From: Hemiscyllium ocellatum
Lineage: Eukaryota
Direction of reading: 5' to 3'
DNA length: 64,000 nt
Assembly: GCF_020745735.1 (NCBI RefSeq)
Contig: NC_083417.1
Coordinates: 27,032,001 to 27,096,000 of the forward strand
Of this stretch, positions 25,277 through 37,457 are shown piece by piece. The number at the start of each line of letters is the position of its first letter. Within the stretch, counting starts at the first letter, position 1. The notes beneath the pieces are model-generated. The model ran no database searches. It saw only the letters and a program-made list of their open reading frames with translations, and had not been told where the DNA came from. Both the position numbers and the translations under genes were made by a program.

Positions 25277-26619
25277 GTAATCTAGTTACCCTCTCCTTCC
25301 CTTCTCAGGAGCACTGACCTATACAGCCATCTACATCCAAGGACTTCATAGGACTGCTTTAAACATGAAGTAAACTTAAAAAAAACCTTCCAAGAGTGTT
25401 TCTTCTAATCCTGAAAAGAAAACAAGTTTTGGAAACCTCTAATATATCTTGAAGCTCCATTATGTGGCATGCTGAATTACAAAATAGTCTAAGATATATG
25501 TCTATTAATGTTACACAAAACCTCATACATTCTAAAGCTAGGTCTCAAAAAATGTTTTAACATAAATTACCGTAGCTATAGAAATAATTGCAAGTTAATT
25601 ATTAACTTCAGACACATGCAAAACACAAGTTGCTATCTTAAAATCAAAAAAAACTTTTCAATCACTGATATTTAAAATTTATATAAATCACACAGTGTCT
25701 ATCACATGGGGTCAAATTTCTAATGAGATTTGGTGGCCAACAGTGTCATTAACAGTGAGTTGCTGAAAAATCTATGGGATGCCTGAGACAAAGGAAAATG
25801 GTCATAGTTATCAGAGGCCAATCGACACATCTATCACTGACAAAGTGAGAATGGGATGAATTCAGATAATGAATGTTTTTGCCCTCCAAAGGCCAAGACA
25901 GTAAGGCGTTATTTTATTTACCTTTTTACTCCCATTCCTTATTAAAGCAGACTGCAGAGTGTTCTCCAAACTCTGCTGTCACGTTCCAATTAATGAAATC
26001 AAAGATTGGGGTTATTAACAAAACATTCCAAATGCAAGGGGATTTGCTTCATTGCTCTATCCTCACACAAACACTCAGGAAATTAAGGAAGACAGGATAG
26101 GAGAAGAGTTTGGAGTTTTACCCAACCCAGAGGCATTAGAGACCAGTTCATGTCAGTGACAATCTCTCAGAAGCCTGTGTCTAACAATCGTTTCCCAATT
26201 GATCTGGAGCGTTTCTGAAGAAGAGTCTTACTAGGCATTGAAACAATAACACTATTTGTCTCCAGAGATGCTGCCAGACCTGCGGAGTTTCTCTAGCATT
26301 CTCTTTGTTCCTGTAGCTTTCCCTTCTTGCAGGCAAAGTGTAAGTTTCTTTGTAGCTAGTAACTTGGTGACATCGATGAAAGAGTGAGGCAGGCTATCAA
26401 TTAAATTCATTCTTCCTCTGGGGGAATCACAGAATCTGATTTCGTGTCCCAAAACTGTGTACTAAACCAATTGGAAAACTCAAATTTCAGCTATGTGATA
26501 TAGTTGAGCATTTCAGATGCTGAGGGTCCATCTTGGTGGGCTAATCAGTGTAACTTTACCTCCCCTGTTAGACTTTCCACTGCAAGTTAATGCAGTAACT
26601 ATAAAAACATTAACACTCA

Positions 26620-27767
26620 GATTTTACTCATACGTGAGGAGGAAGAGAATGATCAAGGAGAAAGTAGGGCCAATCAGGGATAGCAGAGGGAACTTGTGCA
26701 TGGAGTCTAAGCAGATAGGGGAAGCCCTAAATGAGTGTTTTGTTTCGGTTTTCACCAAGGAAAGGGACCTTGTTGTGAATGAAAACTTTGAAGAGTTGGG
26801 ATACAGGCTTGACCAGATCAAGATTGATGACATTGGTGTGGTGGAAGTTTTGGAAAACATTAAGATTGATAAGTCTCAGGGCCAGACCAGATTTATTCTA
26901 GGCTGTTTCAGGAAGCGAGAAAGGAGGTTGCTAAGCCGCTGGCGAGGATCTTTGCCTCCTCACTCTCCACAGGAATCGAGTTCAACCTGGATAAATGTGA
27001 AGAAATACATTATGGAAGGTCGAACTCGAATGCTAAAAATAGGATTAAAGGCATGATTCTTGGCAGTGTGGAGGAACAGAAGGATCTGGGTGTGCAAGTA
27101 CATAGATCCCTCAAAGTTGCCACCCAAGTGGATAGGGTTGTTAAGAAAGCATATGGTGTTTTGGCTTTCGTTAATAGGGGGAGCGAGTTTAAGAACCACA
27201 AGGTTTTGCTACAGCTCTACAAGTCCGTGGTGAAACCACACTTGGAATATTCTGGTCGCCTTACTATAGGAAAGACACAGAGGCTTTGGAGAGGGCGCAA
27301 AGAATGTTTACCTGGATGCTGCCTGGACTGGAGGGCTTGCCTTATGAAGAAAGGTTGAATAAGCTCGGACTTTTTTCTCTGGAGAGAACGAGGAAGAGAA
27401 GAGAGCTGATCGAGTATACAAGATAATGAGAGGAATAGATAGAGTCAATAGCCAGAGACTTTTCTCCAGGGCAGAATTGACTGGTACGAGGGGTCATAGT
27501 TTTAAGATATCAGGAGAAAGGTATAGAGGAGACATCAGAGACAGGTTCTTTACGCAGAGAGTTGTGAATGCATGGAATGCATTGCCAGCGGGGGTGGTGG
27601 AAGCAGAGTCATTAGGAATATTTAAGAGACTGCTGGATATGCACATGGAGAGCAATGAGTTGAGGGGTGCATAGGTTAAGTTATTATATTTTACATTAGG
27701 ATTAAACCTCGACACAACATCATGGGCCTAAGGGCCTGTTCCGTGCAGTACTTTTCTATGTTCTATG
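26620..27767 (+). mobile_element. CR1 LINE fragment with internal deletion of the RT core
   Basis: FYSYVRRKRMIKEKVGPI..IKIDKS upstream joins at about 26974 to EFNLDKC..EQKDLGVQVH and FFTQRVVNAWN; tail ctatgttctatg. Confidence 0.85.
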
Positions 27768-28037
27768 GATAAAAGCTTTGTCCAAAGCTGACTGGAAGCA
27801 GACTCGCAGACTCCAAAGCCTTTCTGTCAGTTTTAACTGGAATATATATACAATACAGGGGGTTCAGAAGTTTCTGGAAATAAAATCATGTTATCAATCT
27901 CATCCATGTTATAAGCCCATTCCAGGTTGTCCATTTTTAAAAGTAACAATATAAACTTGGAAATATAGAAGAGAATAGTTTTCTTTGGGATTTCCCTTCC
28001 TACCCTCTGACCACAACACAGCACTAAGTTATTGCTG

Positions 28038-28230
28038 GTCAGGCAGCATCCAAGGAACAGAAAAATCAACGCTTCAGGCAAAAGCCCTTCATCAAGAATG
28101 CAATTCTGATGAAAGGCTTTTGCCCAAAGCATCGATTTTCCGGCTCCTCAGATGCTGCCTGACCTGCTGTGCTTTTCCAGCACCACTCTAATCTTGACTC
28201 TGATCTCCAGCATCTGCAGTCCTCACTTTT
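28038..28230. mobile_element. Fold-back PLE mini-element with two divergent degenerate hammerheads, 16-bp TSD
   Basis: TSD cactaagtt(a/g)ttgctg (28022-28037, 28231-28246); cttcatcaagaat..attctgatgaa inverted centre. Confidence 0.8.
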
Positions 28231-28639
28231 CACTAAGTTGTTGCTGCAGGTTTTCCATGGGGAAGCATCTCCATCTTCACAAACTCCATTCACTGTTTGC
28301 ATCCCATGAAATTTCAACATCCTTGTTACCTTCATATACCTCGTACCTACATATCCTTCCAATGGCAACCTTTCATGCACTGGAGGAGAAAGAAATAAAA
28401 TTACTTTCTATCCTCTATCCTGTAGGAGCACTGTTACTCATCTGTCTTTGCTCCACTATTGTGATTAATTACATAAGCCCAGTAATTTTAGCTATATACA
28501 TAATGTCAGCAGTTGCTTCCTGTTAATAGCTTAATAACTTTATTAATAACTATGAGATAAAGTGCATCCTCGGTGATCTCAGATCATTTAGAAACTGTTT
28601 GCAGAGAAATGATGGTTTTAGTGGAGTACTGCTGTTTTC

Positions 28640-28985
28640 TTTATTTATTCATAGGATGTGGGCATTGTGTTTAGGCCAGCATTCATTGCCCATCCCCAGT
28701 TGCCCAGAGGTATTTAAGAATCAACCACACATTATTTATCTGGAGACACATATCAGCCAGATCAAGTAAGAATGCAATCTCCTTCCCTGAAGGGGCATTA
28801 GGAAATCAGATGGTTTCTTCCCCTGACAATCAACAACACTTTCACCATCACATTCCAGATTTGTTATTGAATTTGTTCTTCAAATTTCTACATCTGTGAT
28901 GGATTTGAACACAGGTCCTAAGAACATTACCTGGGTCTCTGGATTAGTAATCGTGCAACAATACCAGTAGACTATTGCCTTCCCA
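28640..28985 (-). mobile_element. tRNA-headed SINE sharing head/body and 3' tail with the LINE at 10275-13830
   Basis: Minus strand: ..actaatccagagacccaggtaatgttct..gtgttcaaatcc..gggaagga..tgtggttgattcttaa..gggcaatgaatgctggcc..cccacatcctatgaataaa. Confidence 0.75.
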
Positions 28986-29201
28986 CTGCTGAACTTTGTC
29001 TCTGTGAATAGTGCAAATAATTAGTAAACATTCACCAATTTTTCACTAGCAAGGCTTCCAGTCCTCATGTTAAAAGCATTGGAAACCAGTCATATTTATG
29101 CACTTTGCACCAAATTTAGTTTTAGGCTGCATTGTGCAGTTTGAGACAATGTTGCTATATTGTTCTGTCTCTCACTTCTGTCAGACTTGAATCATTGAGT
29201 A

Positions 29202-29549
29202 CAGTAGCACCCCAACTTATGAACTTAATCCGTTCCAGGACCCGGTTCGCGAACTGAATCAATTTTTCCCATTGTTCGAATAGCGTAAGAATACTTGGAC
29301 GGCTGTTCACAGCGCACACGCCAAAGACGAACTGAATGAGATCACATGGGGCCCAAGAGCTTTTGCATTCAACAAGCGCGTAGCAAAGCAAAACAATGAA
29401 ACTATGTGGTCGCACGTGGGCTTTTTGTGTTCATACCTTCGTTCGTACCTTGAATTTCGTATGTACGTTGAAGCAAAGTTTTGCGTACAATCCTGTTTGT
29501 AAACCGATTTGTTCGTGAACGGGGTCGTTCGTATGTCGAGGCGCTACTG
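29202..29549. mobile_element. Tc1/mariner (Tigger/pogo-like) MITE
   Basis: TA at both flanks; TIRs CAGTAGCACCCCAACTTATGAAC and reverse-complement CAGTAGCGCCTCGACATACGAAC (18/23 identical); internal gttcg repeats. Confidence 0.85.
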
Positions 29550-29914
29550 TATATTGAAAATTGTAAATGCCTGGATTTTATGTTCGCGAGCCAGCGGATT
29601 TGGAGCTGGGGGGTGCTCAGAAAGTAGAGCGAGCAGCATACCCACCCATCCTAGTGCCTGCCCTTGGCCTACTGAGGCATCTAAGTAGCAAATTAAGTTG
29701 AATATAAATTTCTTCATTGCGAAAACCTGTAAGCTCTGCTGAGTTTTTCCAGCACTTTGTTTTTATTATATTTAAAAAATGTATGTGGTAAATGAGACTG
29801 CCTCATAATGCAATGTCCTAAGCGTATTCTGTGGGAGCATGACATTTCTGCCTCTGTATTATTTTGGCTTTTACAAGTAAGCAGCGCAGCTTTTAATTGT
29901 GCTTTCCATTGCAG

Positions 29915-30082
29915 CTAAGTAAGAAGAGTCGAGAGATAGCCAGCCTGAGAAATGATATTGCACGTAGTCAACAGAGAAATATGCAGTTAGCAGAGGAAAG
30001 TGCAGCATATGAGGAAAGGATGAGAAGACTGCATGATGAACTGAAAAAAATGCAAGCACTGAATCAACGGGCAGAAGAGGAA
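29915..30082 (+). CDS. PMFBP1: Coding exon, 168 nt, phase 0-0
   Basis: ctttccattgcAG|CTA; LSKKSREIASLRNDIARSQQRNMQLAEESAAYEERMRRLHDELKKMQALNQRAEEE; donor GAA|gtaaga. Confidence 0.88.
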
Positions 30083-30454
30083 GTAAGAGTTTTATTTAAC
30101 GTTACGAGTATGTATGTTACTTTCAGTTTATAACTGCAAGTTGTTTTCCCTCTCATCGTGTTGTTCCATTTCCTCTTCTCTGCAGGTATATTTAGTCCTT
30201 GCCCGTGTGCAATTCAGAGTCAGATCTATACTCCAGTAGTTAGACAAGGTTACCATTATACTTTGTATGAACAGTCTGTTTTGTCACACACACAATTTCA
30301 GTTAAGTGCAATCCTTGCCTCAAATTCTAAGGACCGTAAGGAGGGTGAAAGATTATATATTTCGTACCTAGTTTGAACTTGTAGAGATGAAACTGTATTT
30401 CTTTTTGCCAAACAGTGACCCTTCATGATTTTAAAATCACTTTTATTAATGGGA

Positions 30455-30960
30455 GTTATTAAAGCAGATGGGAATGAAAGCTAGGAGGATGAATTAAGCT
30501 ACAAAGAATACAGGTTGGCAAAGTGAATGGGCATGTAAGTGGCAGATGGAGGATAATGTATAAAATATGAGATTATTTGGTTCGCCCGAATAATAGAAAA
30601 TCAATTTTTTTTTCAAAAGACATTAAACTTCTTAGTGTCGATGTTGAGAGAAATTTTGGTGTACCAATACAAGGAACACAGAAACTTATCATACAAGTAC
30701 AGCAAGCAATGTAAGAGGCAAATGGCATATAGACATTTATTGCAAGGGAGATGAGTGCAAGAATAAGGAAGCCTTATCACAACTGTATAAGACTTTATTG
30801 AGCCCAGATCTAGAGTACTGCGAATAGTTTTGATCTCCACATTTAAGAAAGCTTATACTTCCAGTGGAGCTGCAAAGCAGATATTTGCCACATTGCTTCA
30901 TGGTAGGTAAGAGTATATATGGTAAGAGTCTGAATAAATTGAGCCTATAAGGCTGAATTT
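30455..30960 (+). mobile_element. Decayed CR1-type LINE fragment
   Basis: Relics LSEWAxxWQMxxNVxKxEII and QLYKTLxxPxLEYC. Confidence 0.6.
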
Positions 30961-32585
30961 TCATCTTCAGTTTAGCAAGTGTCAATTAGGCCATTTTCTG
31001 GCTTTGTAAAGTTAACTTAGTCATCTGGAATTTTCATTTCTGAGAATCTGTGATGTGCTAAAGTTAGGACAGTGAATGGAGATGATCAGATTCCAATGCA
31101 AACATATTAGAAGTGTGTATCCATTCACTTGGACATCAGGCAGTGCTCCACATGTTATTAGGCATTCTAGCTATCAACCCTCCCACCTACTGACATGCCC
31201 TTCTTCAATTCTATAATGCCTCATCATACCCTCTCAAATCCCATATACTCCCTCCATGCCTTCATCCCACATGCCAAACAACCAGTCATCATTATATACA
31301 AAAGTCACAAGCCATATGCTAATACAGGGAAACTTTTTAAACGTTTAGGAATTATTTATTAAAAATCAGCCATTCAAATTCTTTTTTGAAAAAGTCCCTC
31401 TTAGAACCTCATAAACTGTCAGTCAAATATAACTATTGAACTCCCTTTGAACAAACATTCTATCATCTTGATTGCTTGTTAATATGAAAATGCACAAATA
31501 GAAATTCAGAAACTTCTTACATATTCATAAAACTGTCAATCAAATCACAGCAGAAAGTAATATCACACATAGCCAGAGGTGTGCAAGAGATCTCAAAGAA
31601 AAATGCATTTTCTTCTACAGTTTTGTGTTTAAATTCTGTTTATTTTGAAAACAGGAAGCCTTGCCTAGACTCATGAAATGTCCAAAGTTGGTCACAAACT
31701 TGTATTTCCAGAAACATCTTAACCCTCTGCATTTTATAGATATTCCAGCTAAAGCTGACACAGAGAAACTGGAGATAAAACATCTATATCCAACCAAATC
31801 TGGATAAAAGACTGCATCAAGACCTGTTGTGCTAAAATGAGAGTTAACATTTTTATGGTTACCTCATTACCTCATAATGGAAAGTATAGTAGAGAGGTAA
31901 AGCTACAATATTAGCTTAACCTTCTAATAGCCCACCAGAATAGATCATCAGCACCTGAAACACCAATCCTTGCCACATGACTGGTATTGGACCAGGTTGA
32001 ATTGCTTAAATGTATAATTCTGGGATTATATGTCTGATACTGCTTAAACCCCAGAAGAAAAGCAGGAATCCCTGATGAGTTGGCAGTCTACCTTTGACCT
32101 CCATCTCTGTCTCCAAGTTGTTGGCTGGAAAAAAGCCCACAATTCTTCTACAAGAAGGAAAAGTTACTGGACCCAACTCACCAAGTGAAGTATTATCAGA
32201 TACTGACCTCCAGGATGTTGCAACTCATGAGAACTGATTTCAGTGTCTCTAGATTTACCAAAACTGTTGTAATAGATTTTTCAGCTTTTATATAGAAAAG
32301 AAAGTTAGTGGTTGTAATAAGCCATCAGCTAGCCATACTTTCACGGCACTTGGATTAAATAGTGTTGAACTCTCTGAGCACTATTTTTAACATGTTGATG
32401 AACATACGCCTGCACAATTCCGAAGTGTACTATTTTAATATATTTCTTTGTTTCACTATATATTGTATTGCAGCAATATTGCTTGTATTTAACTCATATA
32501 TATATTTTTCCAGTCATTCAAGTGATTTGAAAACTTCCTCTATATGACAACTTAATCGGTTGCTATTTATTTAATAAATTCTGTG

Positions 32586-32814
32586 TTAAAAATCACACAA
32601 CACCAGGTTATAGTCCAACAGGTTTAATTGGAAACACACTAGCATTTGGAGCGTCGCTCCTTCATCAGGTGGTAGTGGAGGGCTCAATCCTAACACACAG
32701 AATTTATGTTAGGATTGAGCCCTCCACTACCACCTGATGAAGGAGCAACTATAACCTGGTGTTGTGTGATTTTTAACTTTGTACACCCCAGTCCAACACC
32801 GGCATCTCCAAATC
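32586..32814. mobile_element. Fold-back insertion of a second PLE end family, 12-bp TSD
   Basis: TSD ataaattctgtg (32574-32585, 32815-32826); perfect 40-bp and 30-bp inverted arms; CTGATGA-AGGAGC motif on both strands. Confidence 0.85.
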
Positions 32815-32826
32815 ATAAATTCTGTG

Positions 32827-33447
32827 ACTTTCAAACTATGGCTTTCAGAGGTGTATTTTGGGTTGGGCTTTGAAAAGGGGTTTGAAGGCAGAAGTGACAA
32901 ACTGCCTATTTGAATCCAATAATGTAAATACTTGTAAGGCCTTAGGTTTTTTATAAGTTGGAACAATAGAAGCAGCTGAACGGGTAGGGTCAAGCTCCTC
33001 AGAGCCAGAATTTTAGTTTTAGTTTTTCTGTAGCAGTTGCTGAGGTCTTGAAGCTGCAGTACATCGCTCCCTGCTACAGTCTCTCTCAGGGTTTTCTCTT
33101 GACGTTTTTCCTCCTGGACAGGAGAATTGAATATGAGACATTCTACTGAATTTCCCTTTGCCAAAGATGTGTTTGTAGGATTTTACTACTTTGGAACAGT
33201 TACTGTTTAGTAGTTAAATAATCTATTATTCTGTTAAGTTTCCAATAGAATTAAGTTACTCCAATTCCTTTTTTCTTTTGTTGTATTTTAACTATAGTGT
33301 ATGAATAAAGTGTGTTTTGCTTCAAGATTGGTAGTTTGACCAATCGAATTACATCCAGAACACAACACTTGCCTTTAAAATAAGAAAACGTTTAGATCTA
33401 GGCTATCCTCTTAATATATTTTGAGGGGTTTGGTCTGGTCCCTAACA
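32827..33447 (+). mobile_element. Probable solo LTR (5' part likely upstream of the PLE insertion, about 32541)
   Basis: aataaa at about 33304; ends ..tggtccctaaCA; architecture similar to 17737-18394. Confidence 0.4.
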
Positions 33448-34639
33448 TGAGGAATTACAAGGTTAGCACCACTTTAAATCATCCTTTCATGGTACACACC
33501 CATCATAGATCTTTAACAACAAGACCTGATTCATTAACCCAATCAGATGTGAAACAAGATCACACATTGTAATTTTTCTTTAATACTGTGCAAATGTAAT
33601 TGTGCTGTGAGTCATCTGAGATATTAGCAGTTGAAGAACATAGCGCAGGTGGAATACATGAAAAAATAATTAATTCTTTAGAATGCAATGAATTCTGCTA
33701 AGGTCATCCTCAATACTGATTAAACGTGAGACTGTGATGAAATTATTTTTTATAGACCCTGTGACATAGAGATTGCTTAAGGATTAACCTAGATATGGCA
33801 CTAATACAACAGCAGCCAATATTAATGTAATCTCACCCCCACATACTCACACTTTGGGCACACTTAATCAGCAGAAGCTTAATTAAAAATGCTTTACAAA
33901 TCAAACTTATATTAGTTTCTGCATTAAGCCATCTCCCATTGATTTTCCTGTGCATTTTAGGTATAAAGGTTATCTGCTGACGCTTCATCTTTGTGAAGAA
34001 GTGGCATTGGCTTAGGCTGGTCAGAATAAATGCATTAATGGTTTTCTGCAGATGATTCTGCATTATTTTGTAAGATACTTGAATTGAATGGCATCTAAAT
34101 TTTGTGTTTAATTCAACATTTCAATTAGCTTTTGCTAATACCTGTAGTGTTTTGGTAGTTAAAGGTTTGTATACCAGTTCTGCTTGTATCTGCTTCTTGT
34201 TGCTGTATTACTTCTGTTGCCGCAGACAGCTATGCAGAAGGTAATACGAGGTATCTAAAAGTAAGGGTAAAATTCAGAATTACTCCAGTGAAGCAACATG
34301 TGCATGGTGTCAGCTATAATTTTGGCCAAGATTTATTGGAGACTTTTTCTACTTTTCAAGTCCATCATGGTTTCTTGCCACCACTTCTGTTGGGGCAGCA
34401 CCACCATATGAACTAATAGCAGGCATCAGCAATTCAGCCCATCAAGTCTGTTGAACCATTTAATATAATAAAACTGATCTCATTTTGTACTCAACTCCAC
34501 TAATACTGCCTGCACTTCATAACTCGTCAACACCGTAACTATTTAAAAATCTGTCTATCTCCACTGTAAATTTTTAATCTGTAAGGGAATTGAAGGTTAC
34601 ATGGGAAAAGACAGGAAAGTGGACTTGAGGATCATCAAG

Positions 34640-35638
34640 GAAGACAAGCAGGAGGCTGGAAGAATACAACATGCCAGGCAGGATCAGGAGGTGGAGAGGT
34701 CAACATTTCAGGTGTAACCCTTCTTCAGGACTGGGGGTGGGTGTAAGGGGAGCTGCGATAAAGAGTGTGGGGGGGAGGTTTCTGGGTAGGTAGTGAGGCT
34801 TGGTGGTGAGGTTGTGATAGGTGAACATGGGTAGAGGGTATGATCTGGTTGCTCAATGGGAGAAATGAATCCAGCTGATAGCTGGAAAGAAGGGTCAATC
34901 AGAGGAATAGAAGGAAGCGGGTGGCTGGAAAGGGAGCCGGTGATGGGTAACAAAGTTATTTGAAATTGGAGAACTCAATGTTAAGTCCTCTGGTCTGTAG
35001 GCTGCCGGCAATGGAGGAGGCCAAGGGTGTTCATGTCGGAAAGGAAGTGGGAAGGCAAATTAAAATGGGCAGTGACTGAGAGGCAAGGTCAGCTCCTGCA
35101 GGCCCACCTGAGATGCTTGTCAAAACATGCCCTGAGTTTACATTTGGTCTCACTGATGTAGAGAAAGATCAGGAGCATCAGATACAGTAAAGTAGGTTGA
35201 AGGAGAGATAAGTTAATCTCTGTCTCACCTGGAAGAACTGCTTGGGGTTCTGGATAGAGGTGAGGGGTTGGTATGCTAGCAGATTTTGCATCTTTTACAG
35301 TTGCAGGGGAAGGTACCTGGGGGTTCGGGGGGGTTGGTGGGGAGAATGGCACGAACCATGGATTGGCGAAGGGAACTATCCTTGTGGAAGGCGGAGAGGG
35401 GTGGGGAGGGGACGATATTCTTGCTGGTGGGGCCTAATTGGAGTTGACGGAAGTGTTGAAGATGCTACATTGGATGCAGAGACTGGTGGGGTGGTAGGTA
35501 AGGACAAGTGGAACTCTGTCTTTATTGCGTTTTGAGCGGTGGTGATTTAGAGCAGTGGAACAGGGAATGGAGGAGGTGCAGTGGAGGCTCTTAATGACAG
35601 AGGGGGGAAAATACATTGTTCAAAATAGGTGGACTTCT
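34640..35638 (-). mobile_element. PLE 3' fragment with GIY-YIG relic and hammerhead
   Basis: NKDRVPLVLTYHP and LYISETKCKL in track ORFs; minus strand GUC-CUGAAGA-A-GGGU-UAC-ACCU-GAAAU-GUU-GAC at 34698-34732. Confidence 0.8.
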
Positions 35639-36907
35639 AAGCAGTCATGATCTTGTTGAATGTGGAGTAGGGCTGATTGACGTGCTTCTGCTACTACAGC
35701 TTATATGGAGGAACAGGTAGGTGGCAGCTTGATTCCACAAGAACATTGACCCAAAGTGAGAAATTTCTCGTAAATGATATCCACTACTCCTCCCCATCAC
35801 CCCATATCAGTTTCAGAATTTTGTTCACCAACAAATCTGAATCCAGTGATTAGGAAGATGCTGAATAACTTGGTGGTGCAGCACATTATGTACTGATAGA
35901 CATCTTTCATGATGATGTAACATAGAATCATAGAATTTTACAGTACAGGAGGCTATTCAACCCATCGTGTCTGTAACAACTCCTGAAAGAATTACCCCAG
36001 CTAGTCCCACTCCCCAGTCCTATCTCCATATCCTTCTACTTCATCACTTTCATATATACACCCACCTCCGTATGAAATCCGCCTCCAACACTCTCATGCA
36101 GCGAATTCCAAATCCTAACAACTCTCTCAGTAAATAAGTTCCTCCTTATCTCACGTCTAGCTCTCTTGCTAACAATTTTGAAATTCTAGCCCCTCAACAA
36201 AACATCTTTTAAGTGCATAGTTAACATTCAACTATGTCAAATCTCTGAAAAGAGAAGTCAAGCAATGAATAGATGATAAGAGAAAAGATCCAGTCTTTGA
36301 CATATTTCCCAGCCAAACAAAAAGTAACTGGATAGGAAAGAATCATTTTACTTGGTCAGGAAATGGGAAGTTGTGTGTGCATATCTTAGAGGTGTGTTAT
36401 AATTAGAAGTAGGCTACATTTCTCTCAGGAAGTGTGAGTTGTTTTGTTAAAAAGCACTTTCACGTGCGTGTTGTGGTCTTGAGCTATAGGTATTGATGGT
36501 GGACGCTCCGACTTTCTTCACTCACAAGGCTGACCAGAAATCTTTCCCATTCTTTCCAACTGCTGTTGGATTAATATTCAGCTCACCTTTCCTGGCCATC
36601 AAGTCAGAGGATAAGACTCAAACTCAGAGCTCCTGACTCAGAGGCAAGATGGTTCTCACTGTGCCACAAGACCATCTCTATTACTTGGAATTGGTTATGA
36701 AAACAAGATAAAATGCAAAATGAACACAAAATCCAGGAGTCTTTGTTGTCAGATTGAGAAAATTGGTCATTAAATAGACCGAATTGCAATGCACCAATAA
36801 TACAAGTTATATGTGGATATCTTAGAGGTCTACTTTATAATTAGAAGTGTGCCACAGTTCTCTTAGGGAGTGTGATTTGTGTTAAAATGCACTTTCATTT
36901 TTTCCAG

Positions 36908-37075
36908 GCTCACATTTGTGAGAATCGATTAGTGGAACTCAGCAACCAGATGATAATGTCACAGGGGAAATCCCACGAAACCATGAAGGAACTTAGCAGT
37001 AAGGAAGAAGAGTTACTAATAATGAAAGTCGAACTGGTCTCCCTTCGAGAAAAATATCACTCTAAAACTGAAGAG
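36908..37075 (+). CDS. PMFBP1: Coding exon, 168 nt, phase 0-0
   Basis: tttcattttttccAG|GCT; AHICENRLVELSNQMIMSQGKSHETMKELSSKEEELLIMKVELVSLREKYHSKTEE; donor GAG|gtaata. Confidence 0.88.
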
Positions 37076-37276
37076 GTAATACGTATTTCCAGATCATTTA
37101 ATAAATATTAGGCTCCAAATGTTACTTTACTTATTTAAAAATAGGAGCTGGGTTTTGCCCACCAATGTGGATAATTCAAGTCAGAAAGTTTCTAAACTTG
37201 CTGTCGAAAGTGGTCCGATGCACTGAGTTTTCATGGGGCTTAGGGGAGTTGTGTGAAATGGCTTCAGGTTCACTGG

Positions 37277-37457
37277 AAGAAAGTGAGGACTGCAGATGCT
37301 GGAGATCAGAGGTGAAAATGTATTGCTGGAAAAGTGCAGCAGGTCAGGCAGCATCCAAGGAGCTTCTTGAAGAAGGGCTCATTCCCAAAACGTCGATTCT
37401 TCGGCTCCTTGGATGCTGCCTGACCTGCTGCGCTTTTCCAGCAACACATTTTCAGTA
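37277..37457. mobile_element. Fold-back PLE mini-element, 12-bp TSD
   Basis: TSD caggttcactgg (37265-37276, 37458-37469); about 50-bp inverted arms enclosing TTGAAGA-AGGGC-TCAT-TCCC-AAAAC-GTC. Confidence 0.85.
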
